Below, piece after piece: positions 27,241-39,169 of a stretch of 64,000 nucleotides of DNA; the stretch's first letter is position 1; every line of letters begins with the position of its first letter. This DNA comes from Hemiscyllium ocellatum (lineage: Eukaryota): positions 42,904,001-42,968,000 of the forward strand of contig NC_083417.1 in NCBI RefSeq assembly GCF_020745735.1, given 5' to 3'. Under the pieces are notes generated by a model. That model ran no database searches, was not told the DNA's origin, and worked only from the letters and a program-made list of their open reading frames with translations. A program made the position numbers and the translations under genes.

Positions 27241-27352
27241 CCTTCCACACTACTCAGTCTTGGGTGAACTGATGCCCCACATTCCAGAACAAAATGTTAC
27301 TGCAAATGTTACTGGACAATCTTTTTATTACCACAGAATTAATTTTGCATAC

Positions 27353-27400
27353 CTCGGTAAGGATGCACTTGGAACATTGTATTCCGCTGTTGCATATGAA
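27353..27400 (-). CDS. NCOA5-like coding exon 3 (SYATAEYNVPSASLP)
   Basis: Strong polypyrimidine acceptor tttttgctctctcctccag, donor gtatgc; 48 nt, symmetric phase 2-2. Confidence 0.6.
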
Positions 27401-27744
27401 CTGGAGGAGAGAGCAAAAATGAAGTAGAATGTTAATCGCTAGCCTCTGTTATCAGCCTTTTCCGTAAATTAGCTAAAAATCTCATTCTTTGCACTACTGC
27501 AATGACTACCTTGGTCAGAAATCTGAAGGCAAAACAAGATACAGCTAGTTAATAGTTGAAAAATAGACAATATAGATTCATTTTTCAAGACATATGCTAG
27601 TTTAATACCATACAATTATTACTACACAAGTTAGTTTAGTGGTTTGCGACCTCAATCCAAACAACTTTCATTGTAGGACATTTTTTTCAGAATGAGCGAG
27701 CAATATCAATCTAAAAACTACACATCTTTATAAATCATCCTTAC

Positions 27745-27809
27745 CTTCCATCTGGGCTGGGTCTGTGTGATGGACCTCCCCTCGGTTTTATCCAAGTAGA
27801 CATGTTTGC
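27745..27809 (-). CDS. NCOA5-like coding exon 2 (ANMSTWIKPRGGPSHRPSPDG)
   Basis: Acceptor tttctatttccatag, donor gtaagg; 65 nt, phase 0 to 2, fits the exon chain. Confidence 0.65.
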
Positions 27810-29110
27810 CTATGGAAATAGAAAAATGGTTAATAAACTATTGTACTGTTTCAAAGATCTAACCGCTTGTTGGTACATGCTTCATTTGGAAATTATCCAA
27901 TATCCTTAATTCTTTGTTCCAATAAAGGAACTTCGCAATATCAAAATGACGTTTAGCCAAAAGTATGATGTTAAGCAGTAATATATCCAGAGATGCACAA
28001 ACTCGCAGAACACACACATTAATATCCTCTTCCCTATTCCTTCAAATAAATTAATATCAGATGTAGTAAATACTTCTGCTTGTATTGTACCGGCACAGTA
28101 CAAAGTTGGTCGTAGTGCAACACTTTTAGAACACCAACAGTATCTCCCAATCCAAAATATTTACACTACTTCTGATTTCTGGATGACGAAACCTGGTGAC
28201 CGAAAATGAGTACAGCATCAAGCAGTTTTCCAACTGCAAATGGTATCTAGTTATAAACCCTAACAAGGATGACAGAACATACAGATCACTGTGCAAAGGT
28301 TATGACAACTAACACCAAATTGCTTATTGCATGTCAATACACTATCTCCAGTTTCTTTTTTCAGTCCTTGTACTGGATACTTACGGGAACTGTTGTAGTA
28401 TACACGCCCTGAAATACATGTTCTAGGCAATTTAAACTCAACCGTATTAGTCTTGAATTGCAAATCAAGAATATTGTTGTAAAATTCAAACTTTGGGATA
28501 CCAAATAACTGGAAGCATTTTCAGCTTACTTTTCCATTGTATTTTCCCCACTAGTTTCAGTTTCAGAGAACCTTCATATGTTTGACTTGCCACTCCTACA
28601 ATTTGCATAAATCTCAGTCAAATGAACACTCGTCAGTCTCTTAACACACTTAAATCTATCCAAGACTGGGGTGTCCAATTTTCCAAAATTCTCCTCTTTC
28701 TGTATTTCTCCCCAAACCTTAACTAACATTTTGAAATCTGACTGCAGGCAGCCGGTGTTTTGCCTGCTCACAAATGCAGAGTCTTCAGTTCTGATTAAGC
28801 ATCCACACTGTAGTAACACCTTGACCTCTCTTTCCAAGAGCTAATTGATCTATCGTGAATTTCCGAAGTTCCAGATTTAAATTTCAAATATCCAGTTTTA
28901 GTCAACAGGAGATTGAGAAAAGCATACCAAAACAGCTTAATTTTGAAAATAAAAGTTTTCATATTACAATCAACATCACTAGAACCTGGTTATTATCCAG
29001 AGTATATCAAGTATTTGCCTAAGTATTAGTGTCTTAGTCATCATTTATGGCACAGAAGCCAGTTAAGCTCATGCCAGCTCCCTGGTTTGTTCATTTCAAG
29101 TGCTTCATAC

Positions 29111-29143
29111 ATTTCCTTGACTGCTTTCATTTTCATCATCCAT
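29111..29143 (-). CDS. NCOA5-like gene, coding exon 1 (MDDENESSQGN); spliced exon 29157-29111
   Basis: Acceptor ttttatgcag, Kozak-like atcATGG, donor gtatga; phase 0 joins the next exon in frame. No homology support for this exon. Confidence 0.55.
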
Positions 29144-29449
29144 GATGAATTCTTTACCTGCATAAAACATGAACAAACTTCACCAGATACCAACAGACTG
29201 CATACAGAAAAGAATCCCACTACATTCAAGTCATTTTTCTTTCTACTGCAGTGACAATTAAAACGGTGATAAATAGAACCTTCAAACATTAAAATGTGGA
29301 TTGAAACTGGGTAAATATTATTAAACAAGCAAATCTCATAATAAAACACTGATATGTCAAAACTCACAAGCAGCTGGTTTCCCTGAAGGTACTTATGCAG
29401 AATAGTACTTCTAGGAAATTTTCAAGTCCCTCGGCAATAGTTAACAAAA

Positions 29450-29583
29450 GGATCAAAGGAACAAAAGGAGGCTCCCTGCCTTCATTCCTGATGGAGGGCT
29501 TTTGCCCAAAACATCAATTTTCCTGCTCTTCAGATGCTGCTTGACCTGCTGTGCTTTTCCAGCATCACTCTAATCTAGACCCT
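29450..29583 (+). mobile_element. Short Penelope terminal fragment with a degenerate hammerhead
   Basis: cctgatggagggcttttgcccaaaacatc; near-perfect 14-bp duplication AATAGTT(A/T)ACAAAA. Confidence 0.8.
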
Positions 29584-31068
29584 AATAGTTTACAAAATCT
29601 AATAAATTGTATACTCATTTAAATTTCTGTACCATAAAACAACTTTAAACACACAAAAGATACTAAATCATTGAAAGTCTTGTTTAAAATTAGTTCTCTT
29701 GACTGCAATTTCTAAATATCTTGACAACCAATGTTGAAATCACACCCAGACAAGTACCTACCGTAACCAGATTAAAATATTTAATACATTAATATAACTT
29801 CAAGATTGTCAAATGCGTTTCTCTCCACATGCTCCAAAAAAAAACTGAACTCAATTCAAAGGATTAAAACGACAGAACTTACCCTTTAAGATACTTATAA
29901 ATAAGGTGATCTTCTCAATTTATATTGCTGAATGATCAATCTTCAAACGATGGAAACAAAGGATGAGTTTACTTTAGTAACAGAATGCAGTTTGAATAGT
30001 ACTAACCTACCCTCTCCCCTGAAGTTGACAGACCCGAGTATCCCTAGTAATGTGCGTTTTTAATTCAAATCACCAACATTTGCAATTAATAGGCTTGTCT
30101 AAAAAGGCATGCCTACACTGATTACACTTTTTGAATGCGAATGCAGAATGGTAGGAAAAATTATTGGCATTTCGACTGCAAGCGTATTAAAAGTTATAGA
30201 AACAACCCCGTGCAAGCCTTGTGTGAACGGCATTGCTTTTGGCATCTGTTTCTCGCTGAGTTTTTATAAACTAACCGCAACACGGTGGGTGGAGGTGGGG
30301 AAAGAGAGAGTGAAAAGACAACACCTGAGCAAACAGGCGACTTCACAACATGGCCTCCGATCCGGGGGCCAAGTAAAAGTTTGGGATGAGGGAACCTGGG
30401 GTCTCCTTCGGCCGGGCGGATTTAAATTAACCGGAACACGGGGCCTAGGCCAGCCGGCGGCAGCCTCCAGCGAAGAGAGCAGCCGCTCGGCCGGGCGCTG
30501 ACGGGAGCCAGCGGTCCCAGGGCCTTCCTCTGCCGGTCGGGCCGAACAGCTGCGGGGCCCGAGGCCTCAGCGCCGCCCGAACAGAAACAAAGGAAAAACC
30601 CTGGCGTCAAAAAGTAAAAAAAACACGAGCGGGCGCAGCGAACAACCACATAAACACAAATAGAAAATGGAGGGGTGCGGGTGAGGGCGATCCGGTGGAG
30701 AGGTCCAGCCGCCTTCCTCCACAGCCCGGTCCCAGTGTTTTCCCCCACTCGGTCTCTCTCGCTCGCTTCCATCACCTCAGGTTAAATCGAAGCCGCCGTT
30801 CACCTCCTGCTCGCACTCGGCTCGGTCATCAATCCGAACCGGAACCGGAAACACCCTACCACCGCAGCCGCTTCCACCTAACCTGCCCGCGCCGGGTCTC
30901 CGCCAATCAGCATGCCGGTTACATGATGGGGGCAAAACCTGCCGCCAGCGACCAATCAGCGGCGGCCTCTGGAAGAAGTGAGGGTAGGTTGACGGAGAGG
31001 GGCAGACGACCGGGCGGCAGTGGAGAGGCGGCCTGGGTTTGGCTGTTAGTGCTACTGTAACTACGATG

Positions 31069-31093
31069 ATGAACTCTCTGGAACAAGCTGAAG
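31069..31093 (+). CDS. CNEP1R1: CNEP1R1 exon 1 (MNSLEQAE)
   Basis: Matches the CNEP1R1/TMEM188 N-terminus; donor gtaaat; extra in-frame ATG at 31066. Confidence 0.95.
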
Positions 31094-31213
31094 GTAAATG
31101 GTGGGGGTTAATGGTCGAGGTGGGTGTGTGTCCCCGGTATGTGGGGCTGCGCCAGCTGTACTGTACAGAGCCTCCTTTGAGATGGACATTGTTGCCGCTG
31201 TCTTGTTCTGCAG

Positions 31214-31285
31214 ATCTCAAGGCTTTCGAGAGGAGGCTGACTGAGTACATCTCCTGCTTACAGCCGGCGACGGGACGGTGGCGAA
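31214..31285 (+). CDS. CNEP1R1: CNEP1R1 exon 2 ([24 protein letters not shown])
   Basis: Near-identical to the vertebrate protein; cag/gtgag boundaries. Confidence 0.97.
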
Positions 31286-31906
31286 GTGAGTCTTCCCGGG
31301 TGGCGGGGTACGGGGTCTGGGGTCTGACTGAAAAAGGACGCCGGTGGCAGGTAGTCAGAGTTGCACTTCCCGGTGTGGTTCCAGTCGTGAGGATAAACCC
31401 CTCAAATACCAACTAGTCCGTGAAACATTCGGACCAAAAATAAAAGGGAGATCCCAAAGTCAGAAATAAAAATAGAAAATGCTGGAAATTCAACCTTAAA
31501 AGCACTGTCAAAATCTCACTTGAAACTTTAATTGCTGCCACAGCTGCAGAGTATTTCCAGCATGTGTTTCTGTTCCAGTTAAACAAACAGATCTGGGGAA
31601 ACAGGATGAATAGAAAATGTCTTTGAAATCACATTGATCTTGCACAACGTTATTTTTATGAACTGAATTTAAGAGCTGAACAGTATGCTAGTCAGGTATA
31701 CCATCGCCACATTGGCAAACAAAACAAAAACTTCTCGAGGTTCTGGCAACATATGGGCATCTACATTGCCTATGCAGTCAGATGCGAAAAGGAATCCAAT
31801 CCAATTATCTGTAGAAAAGTTGCATTTTAGTTTCCTTGTTTCTGTTGGAGTAAACCACATACTTTGTTTAAAAAAGAGTAACTGAAGTTCAACCATTTGT
31901 TTGCAG

Positions 31907-31980
31907 TGATTCTCATAGTTGTTTCAGTATGTACTGCCACAGGTGCCTGGAACTGGTTAATAGATCCTGAAACACAGAAG
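31907..31980 (+). CDS. CNEP1R1: CNEP1R1 exon 3 ([25 protein letters not shown])
   Basis: First hydrophobic segment; ttgcag/gtaatt boundaries. Confidence 0.97.
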
Positions 31981-34783
31981 GTAATTTGAAGCTTTTACAC
32001 ATGTTTAAAATTGTCAAAACATTTTGTTGAGAGTCTATAATTACTTGTTTGCTTTTCAGTGATAGCAAAAGTTCATTTACAAATTGTTTATTTAATAACA
32101 GCTTGGCTGATTTTTCTTACACATTCCAACAAGTTTCAGGAACGAGTTTTATTAGGGGAAACCTTTTTTAAAAAAAAATTAGAATCTACCTCATTGTCTG
32201 GAACTTTGTAAGCCACTAAGTGGTACTAAAGCACTTGAGTAATGGCATTAACATTTCTTAAATGGCTCAAAGTTATGATGACTCTGAATATTTAAGTATT
32301 TGTAATGGTAAGATTCACTCTGAGAGATACTGAAACTTGGTTGGGAAACAAGAAAACAAATTTGCTAACTATAAAATTTTGTAGCTTCAACGTCTGTCAC
32401 AGATCAATCGTTTAATGAATGAACATTAGGTGTGTCTGTTGTATTCGTATTCTGTGAGTTTAAATGTAGCCTTATTCCCCAAATGTGCATGAATTCAGTG
32501 AGTTACATCGGTATGTTGTTCATAAATCGTTGTTTGATATCAAGATGTAATGTAAAATGGGTTTCAGTGCAAGATAGCAGGAAATAATTGTCCAGGGTTC
32601 CCACTTTGACTATCCATGAACCTTTGTTAGAAACATGGGTGTGGGGACGCTATCACTATTAGCAGAACAGAGATCTCGGTCAAACAAGTTTTAATGACTC
32701 AAATAGGAGAAAGTGAGGACTGCAGATGCTGGAGATCAGAGCTGAAAATGTGTTGCTGGAAAAGCGCAGTAGGTCAGGCAGCATCCAAGGAGCAGGAGAA
32801 TCGGCGTTTCGGGAATGAGCCCTTCTTCAGGAATGAGGAAAGTGTGCCAAGCAGGCTAACATAAAAGGTAGGGAGGAGGGACTTGGGGGAGGGGCATTGG
32901 AAATGTGATTGGTGGAAGGAGGTTAAGGTGAGGGTGATAGGCCAGAGTGGGAGTGGGGGCGGAGAGGTCAGGAAGAAGATTGCAGGTTAGGAAGGTGGTG
33001 CTGAGTTCGAGGGTTGGGACTGAATCAAGGTGGGGGGAGGGGAAATGAGGAAACTGGAGAAATCTGAGTTCATCCCTTGTGTTTGGAGGGTTCCTAGGCG
33101 GAAGATGAGGCGCTCTTCCTCCAGCCGTTGTGTTGCTATGGTCTGGCGATGGAGGAGTCCAAGGACCTGCATGTCCTTGGTGGAGTGGGAGGGAGAGTTG
33201 AAGTGTTGAGCCACGGGGTGGTTGGGTTGGTTGGTCCGGTGTCCCAGAGGTGTTCTCTGAAATGTTCCACAAGTCGGCGGCTTGTCTCACCAATATAGGA
33301 AGGCCACATCAGGTGCAGCGGATGCAGTAAATGATGTGTGTGGAAGTGCAGGTGAATTTGTGGCGGATATGGAAGGATCCCTTGGGGCCTTGGAGGGAAG
33401 TAAGGGGGGAGGTGTGGGCGCAAGTTTTGCATTTCTTGCGGTTGCAGGGGAAGGTGCTGGGATTGAAGGTTGGGATGCTGGGGGTTGTGGACCTGACGAG
33501 GGAGTCATGAAGGGAGTGGTCTTTTCAGAACGCTGATAGCGGAGGGGAGGGAAATATATCCCTGGTGGTGGGTTCCGTTTGGAGATGGCGGAAATGATGA
33601 CGGATGATACGATGTATACGGAGGTTGGTGGGGTGGTAGGTGAGGACCAGTGGGGTTCTGTCCTGGTGGCGATTGGAGGGGCGAGCTCAAGGGCGGAGGA
33701 GTGGGAAGTGGAGGAGATGCGGTGGAGAGCATCGTCGACCATGTCTGGGGGGAAATTGCGGTCTTTGAAGAAGGAGGCCATCTGGGTTGTTCAGTATTGG
33801 AACTAGTCCTCCTGGGAGCAGATGCGGCGGGGACGAAGGAATTGGGAATATGGATGGCATTTTTACAGGGGGCAGGGTGGGAGGAGGTGTAGTCTAGGTA
33901 GCTGTGGGAGTCGGTCAGTTTATAGTAAATGTCCGTGTTCATTTGGTCGCCCGAGATAGAAATGGAGAGGTCTAGGAAAGGGAGGGAGGAGTCTGAGATG
34001 GTCCAGGTAAATTTGAGGTCGGGGTGGAAGGTGTTAGTAAAGTGGATGAACTGTTCAACCTCCTCGTGAGAGCATGAGGCAGCGCCGATACAGTCATCGA
34101 TGTAGTGGAGGAAAAGGTGGGGGGTCGTGCCAGTGTAGCTGCAGAATATGGACTGTTCCACATATCCTACGAAGAGGCATACCTGGGGCCCATGCGGGTG
34201 CCCATGGCTACTCTTTCGGTTTGGAGGAAGTGGGAGGATTGGAAAGAGGAGTTGTTCAGAGTGAGGACCAGTTCAGTCAGTCGAAGGAGGGTGTCAGTGG
34301 AAGGGTACTGGTTGGTACGGCGGGAAAGGAAGAAGCGGAGGGCTTTGAATCCTTTGTGATGGGGGTTGGAGGTGTACAGGGACTGGATGTCCATGGTGAA
34401 GATAAGGCGTTGGGGACCGGGGAAGCGAAAATCATGGAGGAGGTGGAGGGCGTGGGTGGTCCTGAATGTAGGTGGGGAGTTCTTGGACCAAGGGGGACAG
34501 GACCGTGTTGAGGTATGCAGAGCTGAGTTCGGTGGGACTGGAGCAGGCTGAGACAATGGGTCGGCCGGGGCAGTCAGGTTTGTGGATTTTGGGCAGGAGG
34601 TAGAACGGGCTGTGCGGGGTTGTGGGATTGAGGTTGGAGGCGATGGTTGGGAGATCCTCTGAGAAGATGAGGTTATTATCGATGGTCTGGGAGGTGATGG
34701 TTTGGTGGGGTCATGGTCAAGGGGGCAGTAGGAACAGGTGTCCACGAGCTGGCGTTTAGCCTCAGTGGAGTAAAGATCAGTGC

Positions 34784-34876
34784 TGAAAATGTGTTGCTGG
34801 AAAAGCACAGCAGGTCAAGCAGCATCCAAAGAGCAGGAGAATCAACGTTTCGGGCATGAGCCCTTCTTCACGGAGC
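34784..34876 (-). mobile_element. Ultra-short Penelope 3'-end inserted into the RT of another Penelope copy
   Basis: Duplication AGATCAGTGC at 34774-34783 and 34877-34886. Confidence 0.88.
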
Positions 34877-36090
34877 AGATCAGTGCGCCAAACTACCACC
34901 GCGCCTCCCTTGTCTGCCAGTTTGATCGTGGGGTTGGAACGGAGGGAGTGGACGGCTGCATGTTCCAATGGTGAGAAGGGTGGAGAGGTTGAGGCGGTTA
35001 ATGTTGCGGCAGCAGTTGGCTATGAAGAGATCGAGGGCAGGTAAGAGGCCAACACGGGGTGTCCAGGTGGATGGGGTGTGTTGGAGATAGGCGAAGGAGT
35101 CGTCAGAGGGTGGGCAAGAATCCTGGTTGAAGAAGTAGGCGCGGAAGCGAAGGCGGTGGAAGAATTGTTCCTCCCTCAGACTCCTCCCTCCCTCCCTAGA
35201 CCTCTCAATTTCTATCTCAGGCGACTGAATCAACACGGATATTTACTATAAACTGACCGACTCCCACAGCTACCTAGACTACACCTCCCATCCTGCCCCC
35301 TGTAAAAACGCCATCCCATGTTCCCAATTCCTTCGTCTCCACCGCATCTGCTCCCAGGAGGACCAATTCCAATACCGATCAACCCAGATGGCCTCCTTCT
35401 TCAAAGACTGCAATTTCCCCACAGAAATGCTCTCCACCGCATCTCCTCCACTTCCTGCTCCTCCACCCTTGAGCCCCGTCCCTCCAATCGTCACTAGGAC
35501 AGAACCCCACTGGTCCTCACCTACCACCATATACATCGTATCATCTGTCGTCATTTCCGCCACCTCCAAACGGACCCCACCACCAGGGATATATTTCCCT
35601 CCCCTCCCCTATCAGCATTCTGAAAAGACTACTCCCTCCGTGACTCCCTCGTCAGGTCCACACCCCCCACCAACCCAACCTCCACTCCCGGCACCTTCCC
35701 CTGCAACCGCAAGAAATGTAAAACTTGCGCACACACCTCTCCCTTGCTTCCCTCCAAGGTCCCAAGGGATCCTTCCATATCCGCCACAAATTCACCAGCA
35801 CGTCAACACATCATTTACTGCATCCGCTGCACCCAATGCGACCTACTCTGTTTTTGTGAGACAGGCCGCCTACTTGCGGAACGTTTCAGAGAACACCTCT
35901 GGGACACCTGGACCAACCAACCCAACCACCCCGTGGCTCAACACTTCAACTCCCCCTCCCACTCCACCAAGGACACGCAGGTCCATTGCCAGACCATAGC
36001 AACACGACGGCTGGAGGAAGAGCACCTCATCTTCCGCCTAGCAACCCTCCAACCACAAGGGATGAACTCAGATTTCTCCAGTTTCCTCAT

Positions 36091-36126
<36 letters not shown>

Positions 36127-36317
36127 ACTCAGTCCTAACCCTTGAACTCAGCACCACCTTTCTAACCTGCAATCTTCTTCCTGACCTCTCCGCCCCCACT
36201 CACACTCCGGCCTATGACCCTCACCTTAACCTCCTTCTACCTTTCGCATTTCCAAAGCCCCTGCCCCAAGTCCCTCCTCCCTACCTTTTATCTTAGCCTG
36301 CTTGGCACACTTTCCTC

Positions 36318-36353
36318 AATCCTGAAGAAGGGCTGATGCCTGAAACGTCGATT
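36318..36353 (+). ncRNA. Minimal hammerhead ribozyme motif, sense within CNEP1R1 intron 3
   Basis: AAUC-CUGAAGA-A-GGGC UGAU GCCU-GAAA-C-GUC-GAUU. Confidence 0.7.
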
Positions 36354-36905
36354 CTCCTGCTCCTTGGATGCTGCCTGATCTGCTGCGCTTTTCCAGCAAC
36401 ACATTTTCAGTTCATGACTCAAATGCCAATGTTGTCTTGAATGAGATACTAAAATGTGTCTGTTAGTCTGAATCCATATTGCAACAATCTTCAAATGATA
36501 GAAAAATAAGAAAAGTTTGGGGGAGTAGGTATTGTTATTGCTAGAGTTGCTAAAGTAATTTTTGTGTGGTCCATGGATGGAATGAGTTTAACTTGTTACA
36601 TTTTCTTGTCTTGATGTATTAAATAAAACAATAACTGATGTTTTGTTTGGGAGTTGCTTTCTTTTTAATTACTGTGTTTGCAAAATGTAAAATTTGATAT
36701 GAGGAATCCATGCAACATAAATAACAGATTTGTAACAAATTTTAAAATATTTAGTACATATGTTTGTTTCTGTAAATTGCTGATGTTATTGATACTTCAA
36801 ATTTGTTTGATACGATTGCAAGCTTGCCCACTTGATCTTATTTAGAATTGGTATTGAGAAGCAATATTCCTAAAATTCTTCTTTTATATTTTAAATCCTT
36901 TTTAG

Positions 36906-37015
36906 GTATCTTTTTTCACATCATTATGGAATCATCCATTCTTCACGATTAGTTGTATAACACTTATTGGTTTATTTTTTGCTGGAATACATAAAAGAGT
37001 GGTTGCACCGTCAAT
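36906..37015 (+). CDS. CNEP1R1: CNEP1R1 exon 4 ([36 protein letters not shown])
   Basis: Matches the vertebrate protein; followed by the U12 donor GTATCCTTT. Confidence 0.97.
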
Positions 37016-37109
37016 GTATCCTTTTTTCGTGTGTCCTTCAAATTATTATCAGTGCAATTTTTTGAATTGGGAGGGAGATTATTATTTCATTGGAGAAAAG
37101 TAATGCAAG

Positions 37110-37870
37110 AATGGGAGAAAGTCATTCAACCCCTCAAGCCTCTTCCATCACTGCAGTTTGGCAGATGATCCACCTCAATGTCATATTGCCACACTATCCT
37201 CATATCATTATTGCTTATAGTAACTCTAAATCTTGTCAATCTCTATTTTGATTTTACTGAATGACTGAGGTTCCATGGTCCTTGCATACAAAATATCAAA
37301 CATTCACCAACCTTTCAGTGAAAATAATGTCTCATTTCTGGGTGTCCTCTAGTTCTGGACCCTAGCAGCCAGGGGAGACCTCTTTTCCACGTCTCCTCTC
37401 TTTCTCTTGCATTTTATAAGTTTTCTAAACACCAAGGAATTGAGGCCCACAATTCTCGATCTCTCCTCACAAAACAATCCCAAAATCTCTGAAATCAGTC
37501 TCTGATAAAAGCATCCTCCCTTAGGTCGGGGGACCAGGACTACATTCAATACTCCATGTGCAGTCTCGCCAATTTTCTATACAATTGAAGCAAGATGTGT
37601 TTGCTTCTATAAAGGCTAATACTGTTTGCCTTTCAAATTGTTTGTTGCATTTGCATGCAAATTTTCAGTGACTTATGACTAAGTATACGTGAGTCCCTTT
37701 GGACATCAACGCTTTCAAATTTCTCAGCTTTTAAAATAACATTGTAAACCTCCTAAAGTTCATAAACCTTAAATTTATATTCCACCTGCTATGCTTTTGC
37801 GCACTCACTCAGCCTGTCTCTGTCCCTTTGAAACCTCTTTGCATCTTCTTTACAATGCTCATTCTCTCCA
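37110..37870 (-). mobile_element. Old CR1 fragment
   Basis: Similar to 19550-20450. Confidence 0.65.
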
Positions 37871-38767
37871 AGTTTTGTTACTTCTCCAAAATGGCGGGGT
37901 AAGTGATGGAGTGTTTACAGTACCTTTAAAGTGGGTGAGAGAAAAAGGGTCCAGCAGTGGAGTGGGGGCATGCTGCTGAATCCTGTGGTAGTGTTGGGCC
38001 TAAAACAGTGAATTTCTCTAAAACAGTAGAAATGGGTGTCAAGGTTGATGATGGGGCAGGGGTGTTGATTATGTAGTGGGGTCAGGTCCAGAAGGGTGGG
38101 GGTTTGGTGGTTGCGGGGAGGTGGTCAGTTCTGGTGACTGGAAAAGAGATCTGTGGGGGCTGTTGGGTGTCAAGCGCAGAGAGGAAGTGTTGGGTTCCAG
38201 GGTATGAGTGAGTGTCACATCAAGGTCTAGTTGACTTTTCTTTCCCGAATGTGGACTGAGGTTTGTTGGGGGTCACAGTTTAATAGTAACACAGGAATTA
38301 GACAACATAATGAAAAGTTTAACTTATTCTGAATAACTATTTACTTTCAGTAGTACTGTCTGAATTCTCCGATTTAAGTGGAGATTTTGAGGTTTCCAAA
38401 CTTGGGGGAATTATCCCATGGAATCTTCAATTTCCCATGCAGTTCCTTTTGAATCTGCAAAACGGAATTGCCTCAGGGTCCCATGCACAATGTGCAGTTT
38501 CGCTTCAGAAACAACTACCTGGCTGGCGCAAAGTCTAGTCCCAAATTTAGTAAACACATACCACATCAGATGTATAGCATGAGGTCAAAATATTTCAAAT
38601 TGGAATATAATAGATACAAAGTTCTCATGTTTCACTCAGAGTTGCCGCAATACACTTTCAAGCTCTTGATCCTCATTTAAAAACAGGAGTACAGTAACTG
38701 TAGTCCAAGCTGACCAGTGTTGCTCTCTCATTTCATCGGTGTCTTGCAATCAATGAAAAGTAAAGGT

Positions 38768-39083
38768 GGGCGGCACGGTGGCACAGTGGTTAGCACTGCT
38801 GTCTCACAGCGCCTGAGACCCGGGTTCAATTCCCGACTCAGGCGACTGACTGTGTGGAGTTTGCACGTTCTCCCCGTGTCTGTGTGGGTTTCCTCCGGGT
38901 GCTCCGGTTTCCTCCCACAGACCAAAGATGTGCGGGTCAGATGAATTGGCCATGCTAAATTGCCCGTAGTGTTAGGTAAGGGGTAAATGTAGGGGTATGG
39001 GTGGGTTGCGTTTCGGGGGGTTGGTGTGGACTTGTTGGGCCGAAGGGCTTGTTTCCACACTGTAAGTAATCTAATCTAATCTG
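38768..39083 (+). mobile_element. HE1-type V-SINE
   Basis: Same consensus; lies inside the U12 intron. Confidence 0.9.
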
Positions 39084-39169
39084 GAGAGACTTCAGGAATT
39101 GACATTGTTGCTAGTGGAATGCAACTGTAGGCTTCTCATCAATAAGTAAATCATTATCTTGAATTGTGT

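Larger units (their letters stand above)
30290..31420. promoter_or_regulatory. CpG-island bidirectional promoter shared by the NCOA5-like gene and CNEP1R1
   Basis: Sharp GC/CpG enrichment against an AT-rich background; tandem CCGGAA ETS/GABP-like sites at 30839-30850; CCAATCAG boxes at 30903 and 30952; divergent genes on either side. Confidence 0.8.
32705..36413 (-). mobile_element. Penelope-like retroelement (RT + GIY-YIG endonuclease, degraded) with an inverted 3' copy at about 35175-36413
   Basis: RT motifs MGTRMGP and YIDDCIG; GIY-YIG region IYCIRCTQC..ETGR..RFREH; 11-bp target-site duplication ATGACTCAAAT at 32694-32704 and 36414-36424. Confidence 0.93.

Noticed and set aside
27510-27522. 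Possible 13-nt micro-exon (ttcag ATTTCTGACCAAG gtagtc) on the minus strand
   Set aside because: It would frameshift an otherwise phase-consistent chain; no support without transcripts.
30109-31412. Long overlapping ORFs (130, 117, 121 and 211 aa)
   Set aside because: Stop-poor GC-rich CpG island with no recognisable homology.
31039-31416. 125-aa ORF as a single-exon gene
   Set aside because: It is read-through of CNEP1R1 exon 1, the 120-nt intron 1 and exon 2; the spliced model matches the known protein.
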